Below, one piece after another: positions 44,114 through 53,602 of a stretch of DNA of 64,000 bases. Position numbers and translations under genes: made by a program. The stretch is from Vulcanimicrobiota bacterium. GTDB lineage: Bacteria > Vulcanimicrobiota > Vulcanimicrobiia > Vulcanimicrobiales > Vulcanimicrobiaceae. The stretch is taken from NCBI GenBank assembly GCA_963777315.1, contig CAVZQC010000001.1:96001-160000 (forward strand). The letters run 5' to 3'. The number at the start of each line of letters is the position of its first letter. Position 1 is the stretch's first letter. The notes below the pieces were generated by a model that saw only the letters and a program-made list of their open reading frames with translations, was not told where the DNA came from and searched no databases.

Positions 44114-46117
44114 TCACTCCCCTAAAGCAGCCTTGACGTGCGCAGCCAAGGCGGGTGTCATCCCTTTAACCGCCGCTATCTCGTCCACGCCCGCGCGCTT
44201 GATGGCGGCCAGCGAACCAAAAGCGGTCAACAAGCGCTTCTTGCGCACCGGACCAACCCCTGCCAACGCGTCGAGTCCCGAGCGCGTCATCGCCTTCGCG
44301 CGTCGCTGGCGGTGATACGCAATCGCAAACCGGTGCGCCTCGTCCCGCACGCGCATGACCAGATGCAATCCGGGCGAATTGGGCGGCAGCACGATGGGCT
44401 CGGACTGCCCGGGCAAGTACAGCCATTCGTGTTCCTTGGCCAGCCCCGCAACCGGAATGCCGGTCATATCGAGTTCCTCGAGCACCTCGACGACGGCCCC
44501 GAGTTGGCCTTTGCCGCCGTCGATGAGCAGCAAGTCGGGCTTTTTGTTGAATTTTTCTTTTTTTGCTAGTTCCGTTTCCAATCGTCCATCGGCGTCGGGG
44601 CGCGCAGCACCCACGTCTTCATCCGTGCGAGCGCGCAGATACCGTAGCCGCCGGCGCAGCGTCTCCTGCATCATCGCAAAATCGTTCGGGCCTTTGTCGT
44701 ATTGGATCTTGAACTTGCGATAGTCGCTTTTTTTCGCGCGACCCTCGACGAACACCACCATGGAGCTGACCGGGTTGGTGCCTTGGATGTTGGATATGTC
44801 GTAACACTCGATGCGATGAGGCGGTTCGGGCAACTCCAGCGCGTTCGCAAGCTCGGTCAGCGAGCGCGCTTGTGCCGTTTCCTGCACTTCTTGGTGCGCT
44901 AAAAAAGCTTTGAGGTTCTGCTCTGCATTCTTCTGCACGAGGCGCATATACTGCGATCGATCGCCCCGCCGCGGCACCAGCAGGCGCACGCGCACGCCTT
45001 TGATTTCGGTCAGCCAGCTTTCGATCACGCTCGCATCCCCGGGCAACGCTTGCACGAGCACTTCTTTGGGAACGGCGCCTGCGCTGCCGCGAGAACGCCG
45101 GGCCTTGACCGCAACGGGGGCTTGATTATCGCGCGCGACGCGCGCACCCGCAGCAGCGCCGCGCGCCGGTTCGGCAGCGCCCGCAGTGCGCGCGGTATAG
45201 AATTGCTTGAGGAATTCGCTGAACAGCACGCCGTCGCTCTGCTCGTGCACGCCGTCCAAAATGAAATGCTCCTGGCCGATCAGCTTGCCGCCGCGCACCA
45301 TGAACACTTGCATGCAAGCTTGCCCCTGCGAACGAGCGGCTGCGATGAGGTCCATGTCCAAGCGCGAACGCCATACGACCTTTTGGTCCTCGGTAACCCG
45401 GCGCACGGCTACGATGCGATCGCGAATGCGCGCCGCCGTTTCGAAATTATACCCCTGGGCTGCGTGGATCATCTCGCCCTGCAGGCGCGTCAGCAGCGAT
45501 TCCTGCTTGCCCTCAAGGAACAGCACGACTTCTTCGATCATCCGATCGTAATCGTGCTCGCTCTGATACCCGACACACGGGGCTAAACAGCGTTTGATGT
45601 GGTATTGCAAACACGGCCGGCGCCGCCGGCCGTCGATCGGTTCGGGACACGTGCGCAGCGGGAAGACCAAGCGAACCAAATCGATCAGCTCGCGCAGCCC
45701 ATGCGCGTTGGTGTACGGCCCGAAGTATCGCGCCCCGTCATCCTTCACTACCCGCGTAAACACCACGCGCGCAAACGGCTCGCTGGTGACTTTGAGATAC
45801 GGATACCGTTTGTCGTCGCGCAGGCGCACGTTGTACGGCGGCTGGTGGCGTTTGATGAGGTTGGCCTCGAGGATCAGCGCTTCGACCTCGTTAGTCACGA
45901 CGATCGTCCGCACGTCCGCAACGCGTTCCACCATAGCCTGGGTGCGCACGTGGTGGGCGGCGCTGTCTTGAAAATACGAACGCACGCGGTTGCGCAGCGA
46001 GACCGCCTTGCCGATGTACAAAATCTCCGCGTGCTTGTCGACCATCATGTAGACCCCCGGCGCATCGGGAATCTGGCTGAGCGTCTGTGCGAGCGCGATG
46101 CTTGCCGGCGTTGCCAT
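44114..46117 (-). CDS. uvrC: Excinuclease ABC subunit C
   Basis: PGVY, YIGKA..LRNRVRSYF, RIECYDISNIQG, LIDGGKGQL, RDEAHRFA, HhH. Confidence 0.98.
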   Translation of the reverse strand: MATPASIALAQTLSQIPDAPGVYMMVDKHAEILYIGKAVSLRNRVRSYFQDSAAHHVRTQAMVERVADVRTIVVTNEVEALILEANLIKRHQPPYNVRLRDDKRYPYLKVTSEPFARVVFTRVVKDDGARYFGPYTNAHGLRELIDLVRLVFPLRTCPEPIDGRRRRPCLQYHIKRCLAPCVGYQSEHDYDRMIEEVVLFLEGKQESLLTRLQGEMIHAAQGYNFETAARIRDRIVAVRRVTEDQKVVWRSRLDMDLIAAARSQGQACMQVFMVRGGKLIGQEHFILDGVHEQSDGVLFSEFLKQFYTARTAGAAEPARGAAAGARVARDNQAPVAVKARRSRGSAGAVPKEVLVQALPGDASVIESWLTEIKGVRVRLLVPRRGDRSQYMRLVQKNAEQNLKAFLAHQEVQETAQARSLTELANALELPEPPHRIECYDISNIQGTNPVSSMVVFVEGRAKKSDYRKFKIQYDKGPNDFAMMQETLRRRLRYLRARTDEDVGAARPDADGRLETELAKKEKFNKKPDLLLIDGGKGQLGAVVEVLEELDMTGIPVAGLAKEHEWLYLPGQSEPIVLPPNSPGLHLVMRVRDEAHRFAIAYHRQRRAKAMTRSGLDALAGVGPVRKKRLLTAFGSLAAIKRAGVDEIAAVKGMTPALAAHVKAALGE

Positions 46118-46127
46118 AAGGCAGCTG

Positions 46128-46742
46128 CTACGCCGCCTCGCGCTTTGTCCGGCGGCTTTGGAGAAACAGAAATACGATCAGAGCCACGATTCCTAAAACC
46201 AAGATCAGCAGTGCATATTTGCGCACTGCGTCCACGACGACGTCGGCATGCGTCCCCAGCGCGTTGCCCAGCAGGACTAGACCGCCGCAAAAGATCGCCG
46301 ATCCGCAGAACGTCCACAAATAAAAGGGGCCGAGCGGCATCTCTGCGATCCCCGCGGGAATCCCGACGATTCCGCGCACGACCGGAATGAAGCGGCAGAT
46401 GAATATCGCGAACTTGCCGTACCGTTGAAAGAAACGCTCGACGCGCTCCATCTGGCGATGGTGGAAGTGGATATATCTGCCGTACTTATCGATAAACGGG
46501 CGTCCTCCGAATCGCCCGACGGCGTAAGCGATGCTTTGGCCGACCAGCTCGGCGGCGACCGCGAGAACGATCGCGAGCCAAACGCTCGAAAGATGTCCGG
46601 TAGCAGCCAGCGCTCCCGCTGCCGGCAGCACGATTTCACTGCCGACGGGAGCGCCGATGTTTGCCAGCGTCATGGCGACGAACAGACCGGCGTAGCCGGC
46701 GTGGTCGACCAAGTTCAAAAAAAACGCAGTTAGGGCGTGCAT
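46128..46742 (-). CDS. DedA-family membrane protein
   Basis: PVGSEIVLPAAG, GRFGGRP, RFIPVVR. Confidence 0.9.
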   Translation of the reverse strand: MHALTAFFLNLVDHAGYAGLFVAMTLANIGAPVGSEIVLPAAGALAATGHLSSVWLAIVLAVAAELVGQSIAYAVGRFGGRPFIDKYGRYIHFHHRQMERVERFFQRYGKFAIFICRFIPVVRGIVGIPAGIAEMPLGPFYLWTFCGSAIFCGGLVLLGNALGTHADVVVDAVRKYALLILVLGIVALIVFLFLQSRRTKREAA

Positions 46743-47116
46743 GTGGCGTTGCGCACGATTTGGGCAGCCAAACTGCCGCCTTCAGCGAGTATCGCTTCGA
46801 GGAGATCGAGCGGTTCGACGGCGCGATTTCCGGCAGACTCGCTCGCCAAAGCAACGATTTTCCGCACTCGCGGCGTCACCAAGATTCCTTCCCACACGCG
46901 GTCTTCGCCGGTCCCCAGCGTTCTGCGCAACCGGGCATGCACGTCGCTGGCATCGATGCCGTGCGCGCGCAGCCAATCCGTGATGGAACCGTCCTGTTCC
47001 TCGAGCAGTGCAACGAGCAGGTGTTCGACGCCGACGTAGTAATGGTTGTGATTGCGGCACTCTTGTTCGGCCGCGCGCAGCACGCGCCCCGAGGCTGGGC
47101 TGAAGTTTGAAAACAA
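46730..47116 (-). CDS. Stand-alone Clp protease N-terminal repeat domain protein
   Basis: TTG start MFSNFSPA..VL.AAEQE....H.YVGVEHLL; second repeat TPRVRKIV..A. Confidence 0.8.
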   Translation of the reverse strand: MFSNFSPASGRVLRAAEQECRNHNHYYVGVEHLLVALLEEQDGSITDWLRAHGIDASDVHARLRRTLGTGEDRVWEGILVTPRVRKIVALASESAGNRAVEPLDLLEAILAEGGSLAAQIVRNATCTP

Positions 47117-47156
47117 TTCGCTGTGTGCCGGGTGCCTTTGAAAGACGGAGGGTACA

Positions 47157-47233
47157 TGGTCGGGGCGACTGGATTCGAACCAGCGACCTCTTCGTCCCGA
47201 ACGAAGCGCTCTACCAAGCTGAGCCACGCCCCG
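47157..47233 (-). tRNA. tRNA-Pro(CGG)
   Basis: CGGGGCGTGGCTCAGCTTGGTAGAGCG-CTTCG-TTCGGGA-CGAAG-AGGTCGCTGGTTCGAATCCAGTCGCCCCGACCA. Confidence 0.97.
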
Positions 47234-47372
47234 AGATTTCTCCGAGCAAGCCGGCCGGCGTTTCGGAGCATGCGTCCTGTTCGGGCGGTCGCCTCACCCT
47301 CCTGCCTAAGGAACGCTGCAACATGTCCCCGCGGGAAACTTCACCGGCTATCAGAACACGGTACATTCGGTC

Positions 47373-48062
47373 ATGAGATATCTTATCGTAGGGTGCGGCC
47401 GCGTCGGGTCGACCCTTGCAAAGCTGCTCGACGCAGACAGTCACGAAGTCATCGTCGTCGACGAAAACCCCGGAGCCTTCAAACGGCTGGGCCAGAAATT
47501 CAAGGGGCACGTCGTCGTGGGCACCGGCATCGACTACGACGTACTAAAGCGCGCGGGCGCTCAAACGGCGCACGGGCTCATCGCGGTTACCAACGGCGAC
47601 AACCGCAACGTCATGGCGGCTCTCATCGCGCAACGCATGTTTCACATCAAAAAAATCGTGGCGCGCATTTACGATCCTACCCGTGGGCTGATGTATCGCG
47701 ATTTAGGCATCGAAACGGTCTGTCCGACTACGGTAGGGGCCAAGCTGATTCGGGACGTGCTCACCGAAGCGCCGTGGGATACGCTGCAGTCCTTCGATTT
47801 CGGTAAAGTGACGTCCGTCACCGCCGTCGTGCGCGCGAGCGATGCGGGAAAGCACGTTTCGGAACTCGAGCGCGCGGGCCGCATTCGCATTGCTGCGGTG
47901 CGGACCGGACAAACGGTGCGCGTCGCGGCCGACGATACGATTTTGGCAGAAGGCGATGAAATCAATGCGATCGTTGCACCCGACGCCATTTCCGAGCTCG
48001 CGCAAATGTTTCAGATGGACAAAACACCGGTCATGCCGGCCGCTACGGGCAGTTTGCGCTAG
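47373..48062 (+). CDS. trkA: TrkA-family potassium-uptake regulatory subunit
   Basis: GCGRVG Rossmann, TNGDNRN, VARIYDP, RCK_C-like tail. Confidence 0.85.
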   Translation: MRYLIVGCGRVGSTLAKLLDADSHEVIVVDENPGAFKRLGQKFKGHVVVGTGIDYDVLKRAGAQTAHGLIAVTNGDNRNVMAALIAQRMFHIKKIVARIYDPTRGLMYRDLGIETVCPTTVGAKLIRDVLTEAPWDTLQSFDFGKVTSVTAVVRASDAGKHVSELERAGRIRIAAVRTGQTVRVAADDTILAEGDEINAIVAPDAISELAQMFQMDKTPVMPAATGSLR

Positions 48063-48064
48063 CC

Positions 48065-48481
48065 ATGTTCGTGCTCATCGTCGGCGGCGGAAAAGTCGGA
48101 TCGTATCTCACGCGTGCGCTGCTGCGGCAAGGCCATGAAGTCGTCATCGTCGAGAAGCAAGATCGCAAAGCCGCCATGCTCGAGCAGCTCATCGAACAGA
48201 AAGTCGCGGTGGTGGGCGACGGCTGCGACCCGCTCGTGCTCGAACAAGCCGGCCTTCGGCGCGCGGACGTGGTCGTCGCGGACACCGGCGACGACGAAGA
48301 CAACCTGGTCGTCTGCCTCATCGCTACCAAGAGCTCCAAAGCGCGTTGCGTTGCGCGTGTAAACAACCCGGCCAACAAAACGATCTTCGAATCGCTCGAT
48401 TCCGAACATCCGATAACGGTGATTTCGAGCACCGAAATCGTCCTCGACGTGATCAGCCAGTCGATTACTACCCCGGCTTAA
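48065..48481 (+). CDS. TrkA N-terminal (RCK_N)-only protein
   Basis: GGGKVG, GDGCDP, TGDDEDNLV, ARVNNP; no C-terminal domain. Confidence 0.85.
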   Translation: MFVLIVGGGKVGSYLTRALLRQGHEVVIVEKQDRKAAMLEQLIEQKVAVVGDGCDPLVLEQAGLRRADVVVADTGDDEDNLVVCLIATKSSKARCVARVNNPANKTIFESLDSEHPITVISSTEIVLDVISQSITTPA

Positions 48482-49581
48482 CCGCCTTCGAGCGGCAAAC
48501 GCCCGACGCGCCGGCTCAGCGTCAGGGATCCGATCAGAATCGTCACTACGACGACGGCGAACGTCGCATCGACGATGGCTGCGCGCTGGGGCACCTGCAC
48601 CGGAGTTGCCAGCGCGAGCGCCAGAGAGAGCGCGCCGCGAATTCCGGCCATGCGCACCACCGTCATCCAGTACGGCTGCAGATACGCACGCGCGAACCGC
48701 AGCAGTCCGTACGCCAGGATCGCGCGTGCCAGGAACACAGCGGCCAATGTGATTCCGGCGGCAGGCAGACTGTGCACCAAGCGTTCGAGGTCCAACGCCG
48801 CGCCGATCAAAAAGAACAGCACCACGTTGGCGGCCAGCGCAATGCCGTCCCAAAATTTTTCGACGCCGCCGGCCGACGCGGCACTGACCCGATGGCGTTC
48901 CAGCTCGCGCAGCGCGATGCCGAACGCAATAACGGCAAAAATGCCGGACCAGCCGAAACGCTCGGCGATTGCGTAAGCGCCGTACGCACCCGCAAACGTG
49001 GCCGCACTTTGCCAAGATGCGGTTACGGCGTCGCGTAACGCGAGCACCGCGCAATATGCCAGCGCGATCCCGATACCTGCACCGATCGCCACGCCTAGGG
49101 CCGCTTGCCCGACGGCGTGCCCGATCCCGCTCGCGCTCGCTCCGACCAAAGTTGCGGCAATAATAGCGCGATACAGCACCACCGCGACCGCATCGTTGAA
49201 CAGCGCTTCACTTTCGACGATCGTCGCCAACCGGCGCGGCACCGAAAGACGGCGAAAAACCGCGACGACCGCCACCGGATCGGTTGCGCTCAAGATCGCT
49301 CCGAGCACAAGCGCGGCCGCCCATGCCAGCGCGCCGACGTAATGTACGCAAACGGCGATGATCGCTGACGTCATCGCCACGCCGGGCACGGCCAGCAAAG
49401 CGATCGGCTTCCAGGCGCGCCGCATGACGTTCAGATCCAAGTGCCAAGCCGCCTCAAAAATCAGCGCCGGCAAAAATACGTAAAGGGTTGCCGCGCCGAA
49501 GATCCACGTTAGCCGGCCAGGCAGCGCGACTCCGGTCGCGATTCCGGCCAGCAGCAGCACGGCGATGTGGCGCAGTTTCAT
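48478..49581 (-). CDS. Cation:proton antiporter (CPA1/NhaP family)
   Basis: FLPALIFEAA, ATDPVAV, ESEALFND, GIRGALSLALAL. Confidence 0.92.
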   Translation of the reverse strand: MKLRHIAVLLLAGIATGVALPGRLTWIFGAATLYVFLPALIFEAAWHLDLNVMRRAWKPIALLAVPGVAMTSAIIAVCVHYVGALAWAAALVLGAILSATDPVAVVAVFRRLSVPRRLATIVESEALFNDAVAVVLYRAIIAATLVGASASGIGHAVGQAALGVAIGAGIGIALAYCAVLALRDAVTASWQSAATFAGAYGAYAIAERFGWSGIFAVIAFGIALRELERHRVSAASAGGVEKFWDGIALAANVVLFFLIGAALDLERLVHSLPAAGITLAAVFLARAILAYGLLRFARAYLQPYWMTVVRMAGIRGALSLALALATPVQVPQRAAIVDATFAVVVVTILIGSLTLSRRVGRLPLEGG

Positions 49582-49594
49582 GCGGTTCCGGGCG

Positions 49595-50803
49595 TTAGTG
49601 CGTGTGCGTAAAGTTGCCGACCTTCACGCCGGCACCGGCAATCGCGTGCAGCGCCGTTCGCATGCCCAGCGGATTGCGCGGTCTTCCGACGGCAGCGAAG
49701 TACCATTCGGGATCGATGTTGAGCGTGCGCGTCTGAATCATGTCGATGCGCGCGCTGCGCAGAAAGCCGGTCATCGCTTCGAGTTCTTCTCCATCGTCGG
49801 TGATCCCCGGATGCGTAAGCAGGTTGAGCGACACGCGCAACCCGTTGTCCGACGCAAGCCGGATCGACGTGAAGACGTCCTCTAACGAATAGCCGGCCGG
49901 ACGGTAATACGCGGCATACACCGGCGGGCGGAACGAATTCAAACTCACGCGCACGGCCTGCAGGCCGGCGTCGATGCAGCGCCGCAGCGCCGAAGGCATG
50001 CTGCCGTTGGTGTTGAGGTTGACGGTTCCGTTGGTTCGCGACGCGCGTATGAGCTCTATTGCGCGCGCGATCGTTAACGAACGCAGCAGCGGTTCTCCTT
50101 CGCATCCTTGCCCGAAGGAAACAATGCCGTCGTCGACGCGTTCGAGATGGTGAACCGCCACGCGCGCGAGTTCTTCGGGCGAGGTTTCGAACGAGATGCG
50201 TGCCTGCGGCGCAGGTAATCCCGTATCGGAGTCTTGCTCGGAAATGCAGCCGACACAGCGTGCATTGCACGCAGGCGAAACGGGCAGCGCCGCTTCACCG
50301 CGCTCCAGGAAGACGTTTTGCGCCGTAAAGCATCCGTACTCGGACGAACACCGAACGAGCTGGCGCAGCACGCGGTTGAGCCGATCGCCCGCCAGCCGCG
50401 CATCCAGGATGCTTTCGAGTTGTCCGGGCGCAAAATGCCGCGGTTCCCAGTCCGGGCTGCGATCGGTGCGCATCGCGGCCACGTGCAACTCGTCACCGAC
50501 GGCGCATACGAACGTATAACCGAAGAGCGGAAGCGCCGGCGCGTCCGCTGCTGGTTCGTACGCCGGCAGCAGCAAGCGCGTGTAGCCCGCGGGCAAAACT
50601 GCTGCCAGAGCGAAACGGCGCTTCGACGTTCCGGCGCGCGTCAACGGCCGACGCCCCGGCAGAATCATGGGAACCGTCCCCGTGGGCGCGGGCATCAATT
50701 CGTTAGTCGCGACGGTACGCACCAAGCCGCCGTCGGCCAGCGGTTCCTGCGAGGAATCGAAATAGATGCGGCCGGCTTTGTCGCAATACGCAAGCCCGAT
50801 CAT
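49595..50803 (-). CDS. Radical SAM protein of unknown function
   Basis: CNARCVGC (CxxxCxxC), SFGQGCEGEP, NLNTNG; ATGA overlap with GNAT. Confidence 0.88.
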   Translation of the reverse strand: MIGLAYCDKAGRIYFDSSQEPLADGGLVRTVATNELMPAPTGTVPMILPGRRPLTRAGTSKRRFALAAVLPAGYTRLLLPAYEPAADAPALPLFGYTFVCAVGDELHVAAMRTDRSPDWEPRHFAPGQLESILDARLAGDRLNRVLRQLVRCSSEYGCFTAQNVFLERGEAALPVSPACNARCVGCISEQDSDTGLPAPQARISFETSPEELARVAVHHLERVDDGIVSFGQGCEGEPLLRSLTIARAIELIRASRTNGTVNLNTNGSMPSALRRCIDAGLQAVRVSLNSFRPPVYAAYYRPAGYSLEDVFTSIRLASDNGLRVSLNLLTHPGITDDGEELEAMTGFLRSARIDMIQTRTLNIDPEWYFAAVGRPRNPLGMRTALHAIAGAGVKVGNFTHTH

Positions 50804-51243
50804 AGGTTTTTTTGCAGCACGTACTCGGTCTTGAGAAGTTCGTATCCCAACCGGTAGTAGAACGCATGCGCTCGTTCGCGCACCACGTTGGACAACAGCC
50901 GCATTGCTCTGCAGCCGTGCCGCTGTGCCCAACGTTCGGCGGCGGCAAGCAGCATTGCGCCGATGCCGTTGCCGCGAAACTCGTCCTCCACTACCAGTCC
51001 TTCGATGTCGGCGCGCTGCATCGAAGTCAACGTGCGGGAACGTGCGACGCCTATCCAGCCCACGACTCCGGCGCGCGGCACGACTGCGACGAACACGACT
51101 CGCTCTTGCCCCAGCGTACGCAGATGCCGTTCGACGTGTTGGCGCGAAACGCCGTATCCCAGCTGCAGGCACAGTCCGACGATCCGTTCGGCGTCGCCGG
51201 CGAACGCTTCGCGTACCGAGCATCCAAGTTCAGAACTGCGCAT
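50800..51243 (-). CDS. GNAT-family N-acetyltransferase
   Basis: LVV...RGNGIG, AHAFYYRLGY. Confidence 0.88.
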   Translation of the reverse strand: MRSSELGCSVREAFAGDAERIVGLCLQLGYGVSRQHVERHLRTLGQERVVFVAVVPRAGVVGWIGVARSRTLTSMQRADIEGLVVEDEFRGNGIGAMLLAAAERWAQRHGCRAMRLLSNVVRERAHAFYYRLGYELLKTEYVLQKNL

Positions 51244-51979
51244 CGAACACTCGCACGGCGGGGCCGGTCAGCGATGCTTCTCCCACGCCATCCCATTGCA
51301 CGCGCAACGTCCCTCCGGGTACGCGCACATCGACCGGGGATTCGATCATATTGCCGCGTATTGCAGCCGCAGCGCAAGCCACCGCGCCGGTACCGCACGC
51401 CGGCGTAATTCCCACGCCGCGTTCGTAGTGATTGACCGCCATGCAATGCCGATCGACGATGACGGCCAGATGGACGTTCATACCGCCCATCCCGCTTGCG
51501 AGGGCAGGCAAATCGACCGCATCGAGCGACTCTTCAAAGATGACGGCGTGCGGATTGCCCACCGAAACGAAAACGGCGCCCTCCATAGCCGGCACGCGCC
51601 CGTCGAACTGCGGCACGCCCATGTTCACCCGTACGCGGTACACCGCTCCTTTTTCCAGGACATCGGCGGTGATGATTCCCGCGGCAGTCTCGATTCGGAA
51701 ACGCTCGCCTTCGCCGCCCTCGCACAAGTAGCGCACCATGCAGCGCATGCCGTTGCCGCACATCTCGGCTTCCTTGCCGTCCGGATTGAGGATCTGCATG
51801 CGCGCATAGGCTCGCTCCGACGGCAAAACCACGATGAGTCCGTCCGCTCCCACGCCCGCGCGCCGGTCACATGCCGATCGTGCAAAAGCTGCAGTGTCGC
51901 CGATCGTGGGCGTTCGCTGATCCAGAACGACGAAGTCATTCAACGTGCCGTGCATCTTGGTCACGGCCACGCGCGGCAT
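51230..51979 (-). CDS. dapF: Diaminopimelate epimerase
   Basis: KMHGTLNDF, GVGADG, AEMCGNG, GNPHAV, ERGVG.T.ACGTG. Confidence 0.95.
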   Translation of the reverse strand: MPRVAVTKMHGTLNDFVVLDQRTPTIGDTAAFARSACDRRAGVGADGLIVVLPSERAYARMQILNPDGKEAEMCGNGMRCMVRYLCEGGEGERFRIETAAGIITADVLEKGAVYRVRVNMGVPQFDGRVPAMEGAVFVSVGNPHAVIFEESLDAVDLPALASGMGGMNVHLAVIVDRHCMAVNHYERGVGITPACGTGAVACAAAAIRGNMIESPVDVRVPGGTLRVQWDGVGEASLTGPAVRVFDAQF

Positions 51980-52242
51980 TATCCCGAGGTCACCTCGACG
52001 CGCGCCGGAGAGTGCTGCAGCTCGGCGTCGGCCGGCGCGGCAAATGGGCCTTGTGGCGAGATCGTCGAAACCGCGTGTTTGTAAATGAGATGCGTCTTGC
52101 GCTCGTATTCGATGAGAACGGTGAACGAATCGAAGCCCTTGACCACGCCGCGCAGTTGGAAACCGTTCATCAAATAGATCGTTACGGGTACGCCTTGCCG
52201 CCGGATTTCGGCGAGGTACGTATCTTGCAGGCTTCCCGGCAT
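51979..52242 (-). CDS. hfq: RNA chaperone Hfq
   Basis: LQD.YL, VTIYLMNGFQLRG, FDSF, LIYKHAVSTI. Confidence 0.97.
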   Translation of the reverse strand: MPGSLQDTYLAEIRRQGVPVTIYLMNGFQLRGVVKGFDSFTVLIEYERKTHLIYKHAVSTISPQGPFAAPADAELQHSPARVEVTSG

Positions 52243-52253
52243 GCGTTGGCCCT

Positions 52254-53150
52254 TCAAACCCAGCCGAGCATTTCCCTTGCCGCTCGCTCGACGTCGCCCG
52301 GCGCAAGCCTATGCGTATGCGGCTCGCTGCGAAACCATGTCGCCTGACGTTTGGCGTAGCGTCGCGTTGCGCGAACGAGCAGCGCGCGCAGTTCGGCAAA
52401 CGTGCACCAACCGCGCAGATGGGCAAGCGCCTGTGGGTAGCCCACGGCCCCGCCCGCAACCGCATCCGCACCGACGCGCTCGGCCTCTTCCAAAAGCCCG
52501 CTCGCGAGCATCGCGTCCGTCCGGCGTTCGATCTTCCTATCGAGCTGCGCATCGTCGACGCGTAAAAAGACTTTGAGAAACGGAATGCCTTGTGTTGCGA
52601 GCGAGGTGAGCGCCGTGTCGCGCAGCGTTTTATCCGCCGGTGCAAGCGCGACCTCGAGCGCGCGAACCACACGGTATACGTCGCTCGGGTGCAGCATGGC
52701 TGCGCGGCGTGCGTCTCGCACCTTGAGCCAGTCGTAGAGAAACGACGCCTCGTGCAATTGCGTTTCACGCGCCAGCCGCTGCCGAAGCGGCGCGTCGAAC
52801 TCCGGGGCGAGCTGCACGCCTCCGGTGAGCGCGCGAATGTAAAACCCGGTACCGCCCACGACGATAGCACGTCGGCCGCGCGCCTGTATCGCTTTGATGC
52901 TCGCCACGGCGTCGACCGAAAAACGCGCCGCCGAATAGCGCTCGCGTGGATCGAGAAACCCGATCAGATGATGCTCTACCGCAGCGCGTTGTGCCGCCGT
53001 CGGCGCTGCCGTTCCCACGGGCATCCCGCGATAGATCTGACGCGAGTCGGCGCCGACGATCTCGCCGTTGAACGTTTGCGCGAGCCGTATGGCGAGATCG
53101 GTTTTGCCGCAAGCCGTCGGGCCGGCGATTACCAGGACGCCGGCTCGCAC
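52254..53150 (-). CDS. miaA: tRNA dimethylallyltransferase
   Basis: GPTACGKT, ADSRQIYRGM, VGGTGFY, TRRYAKRQATWFR. Confidence 0.96.
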   Translation of the reverse strand: MRAGVLVIAGPTACGKTDLAIRLAQTFNGEIVGADSRQIYRGMPVGTAAPTAAQRAAVEHHLIGFLDPRERYSAARFSVDAVASIKAIQARGRRAIVVGGTGFYIRALTGGVQLAPEFDAPLRQRLARETQLHEASFLYDWLKVRDARRAAMLHPSDVYRVVRALEVALAPADKTLRDTALTSLATQGIPFLKVFLRVDDAQLDRKIERRTDAMLASGLLEEAERVGADAVAGGAVGYPQALAHLRGWCTFAELRALLVRATRRYAKRQATWFRSEPHTHRLAPGDVERAAREMLGWV

Positions 53151-53602
53151 AAGACCGGAAAATTCACCGAACGGGCGATAAAGCACAACTCATGCGCGCG
53201 TTGGTGCAGTGTCCCGGCTTGCGCCGCGCGCGACCGATCGGCCAGCCGAACCGCCGGATGCAGCGTCACCTGCGAAAACTCACCCGAACCGTCCGGGTTC
53301 AGGCGTAAGGTCCCTTCGGCCTTATCGCAATATTCGGTTACGGTGATTCCCGAGTCTGCGCAAAGGTGTAAGAACCAGAGCATGTGACATGCCGCAAGCG
53401 AAGTTATCAAAAGTTCTTCGGGGTTATACCGCGTGCCGTCTCCACGAAACGGCGGCGTGGAGGAACCGGGGATAACGACGGTTTTCGCCGGGGTGCCGAT
53501 CTCGTAGTCCCGACCGTACCCGCGATACGACGCCGTTCCGCTGCCCCGATTTCCGGTCCAGGTCGTGGCGATGCTGAAACGGTGCTCCGATTGCGGCTTC
53601 AT
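53129..53602 (-). CDS. OsmC-family protein
   Basis: WTGNRG, FRGD..RYNPEELL, ACHMLWFL, AHELCFIARSVN. Confidence 0.9.
   Translation of the reverse strand: MKPQSEHRFSIATTWTGNRGSGTASYRGYGRDYEIGTPAKTVVIPGSSTPPFRGDGTRYNPEELLITSLAACHMLWFLHLCADSGITVTEYCDKAEGTLRLNPDGSGEFSQVTLHPAVRLADRSRAAQAGTLHQRAHELCFIARSVNFPVLCEPASW

Noticed and set aside
46730..47227. 165-aa ORF-track version of the Clp-N protein
   Set aside because: Its N-terminus is a translation of tRNA-Pro; TTG 47116 matches the ClpC N-terminus.
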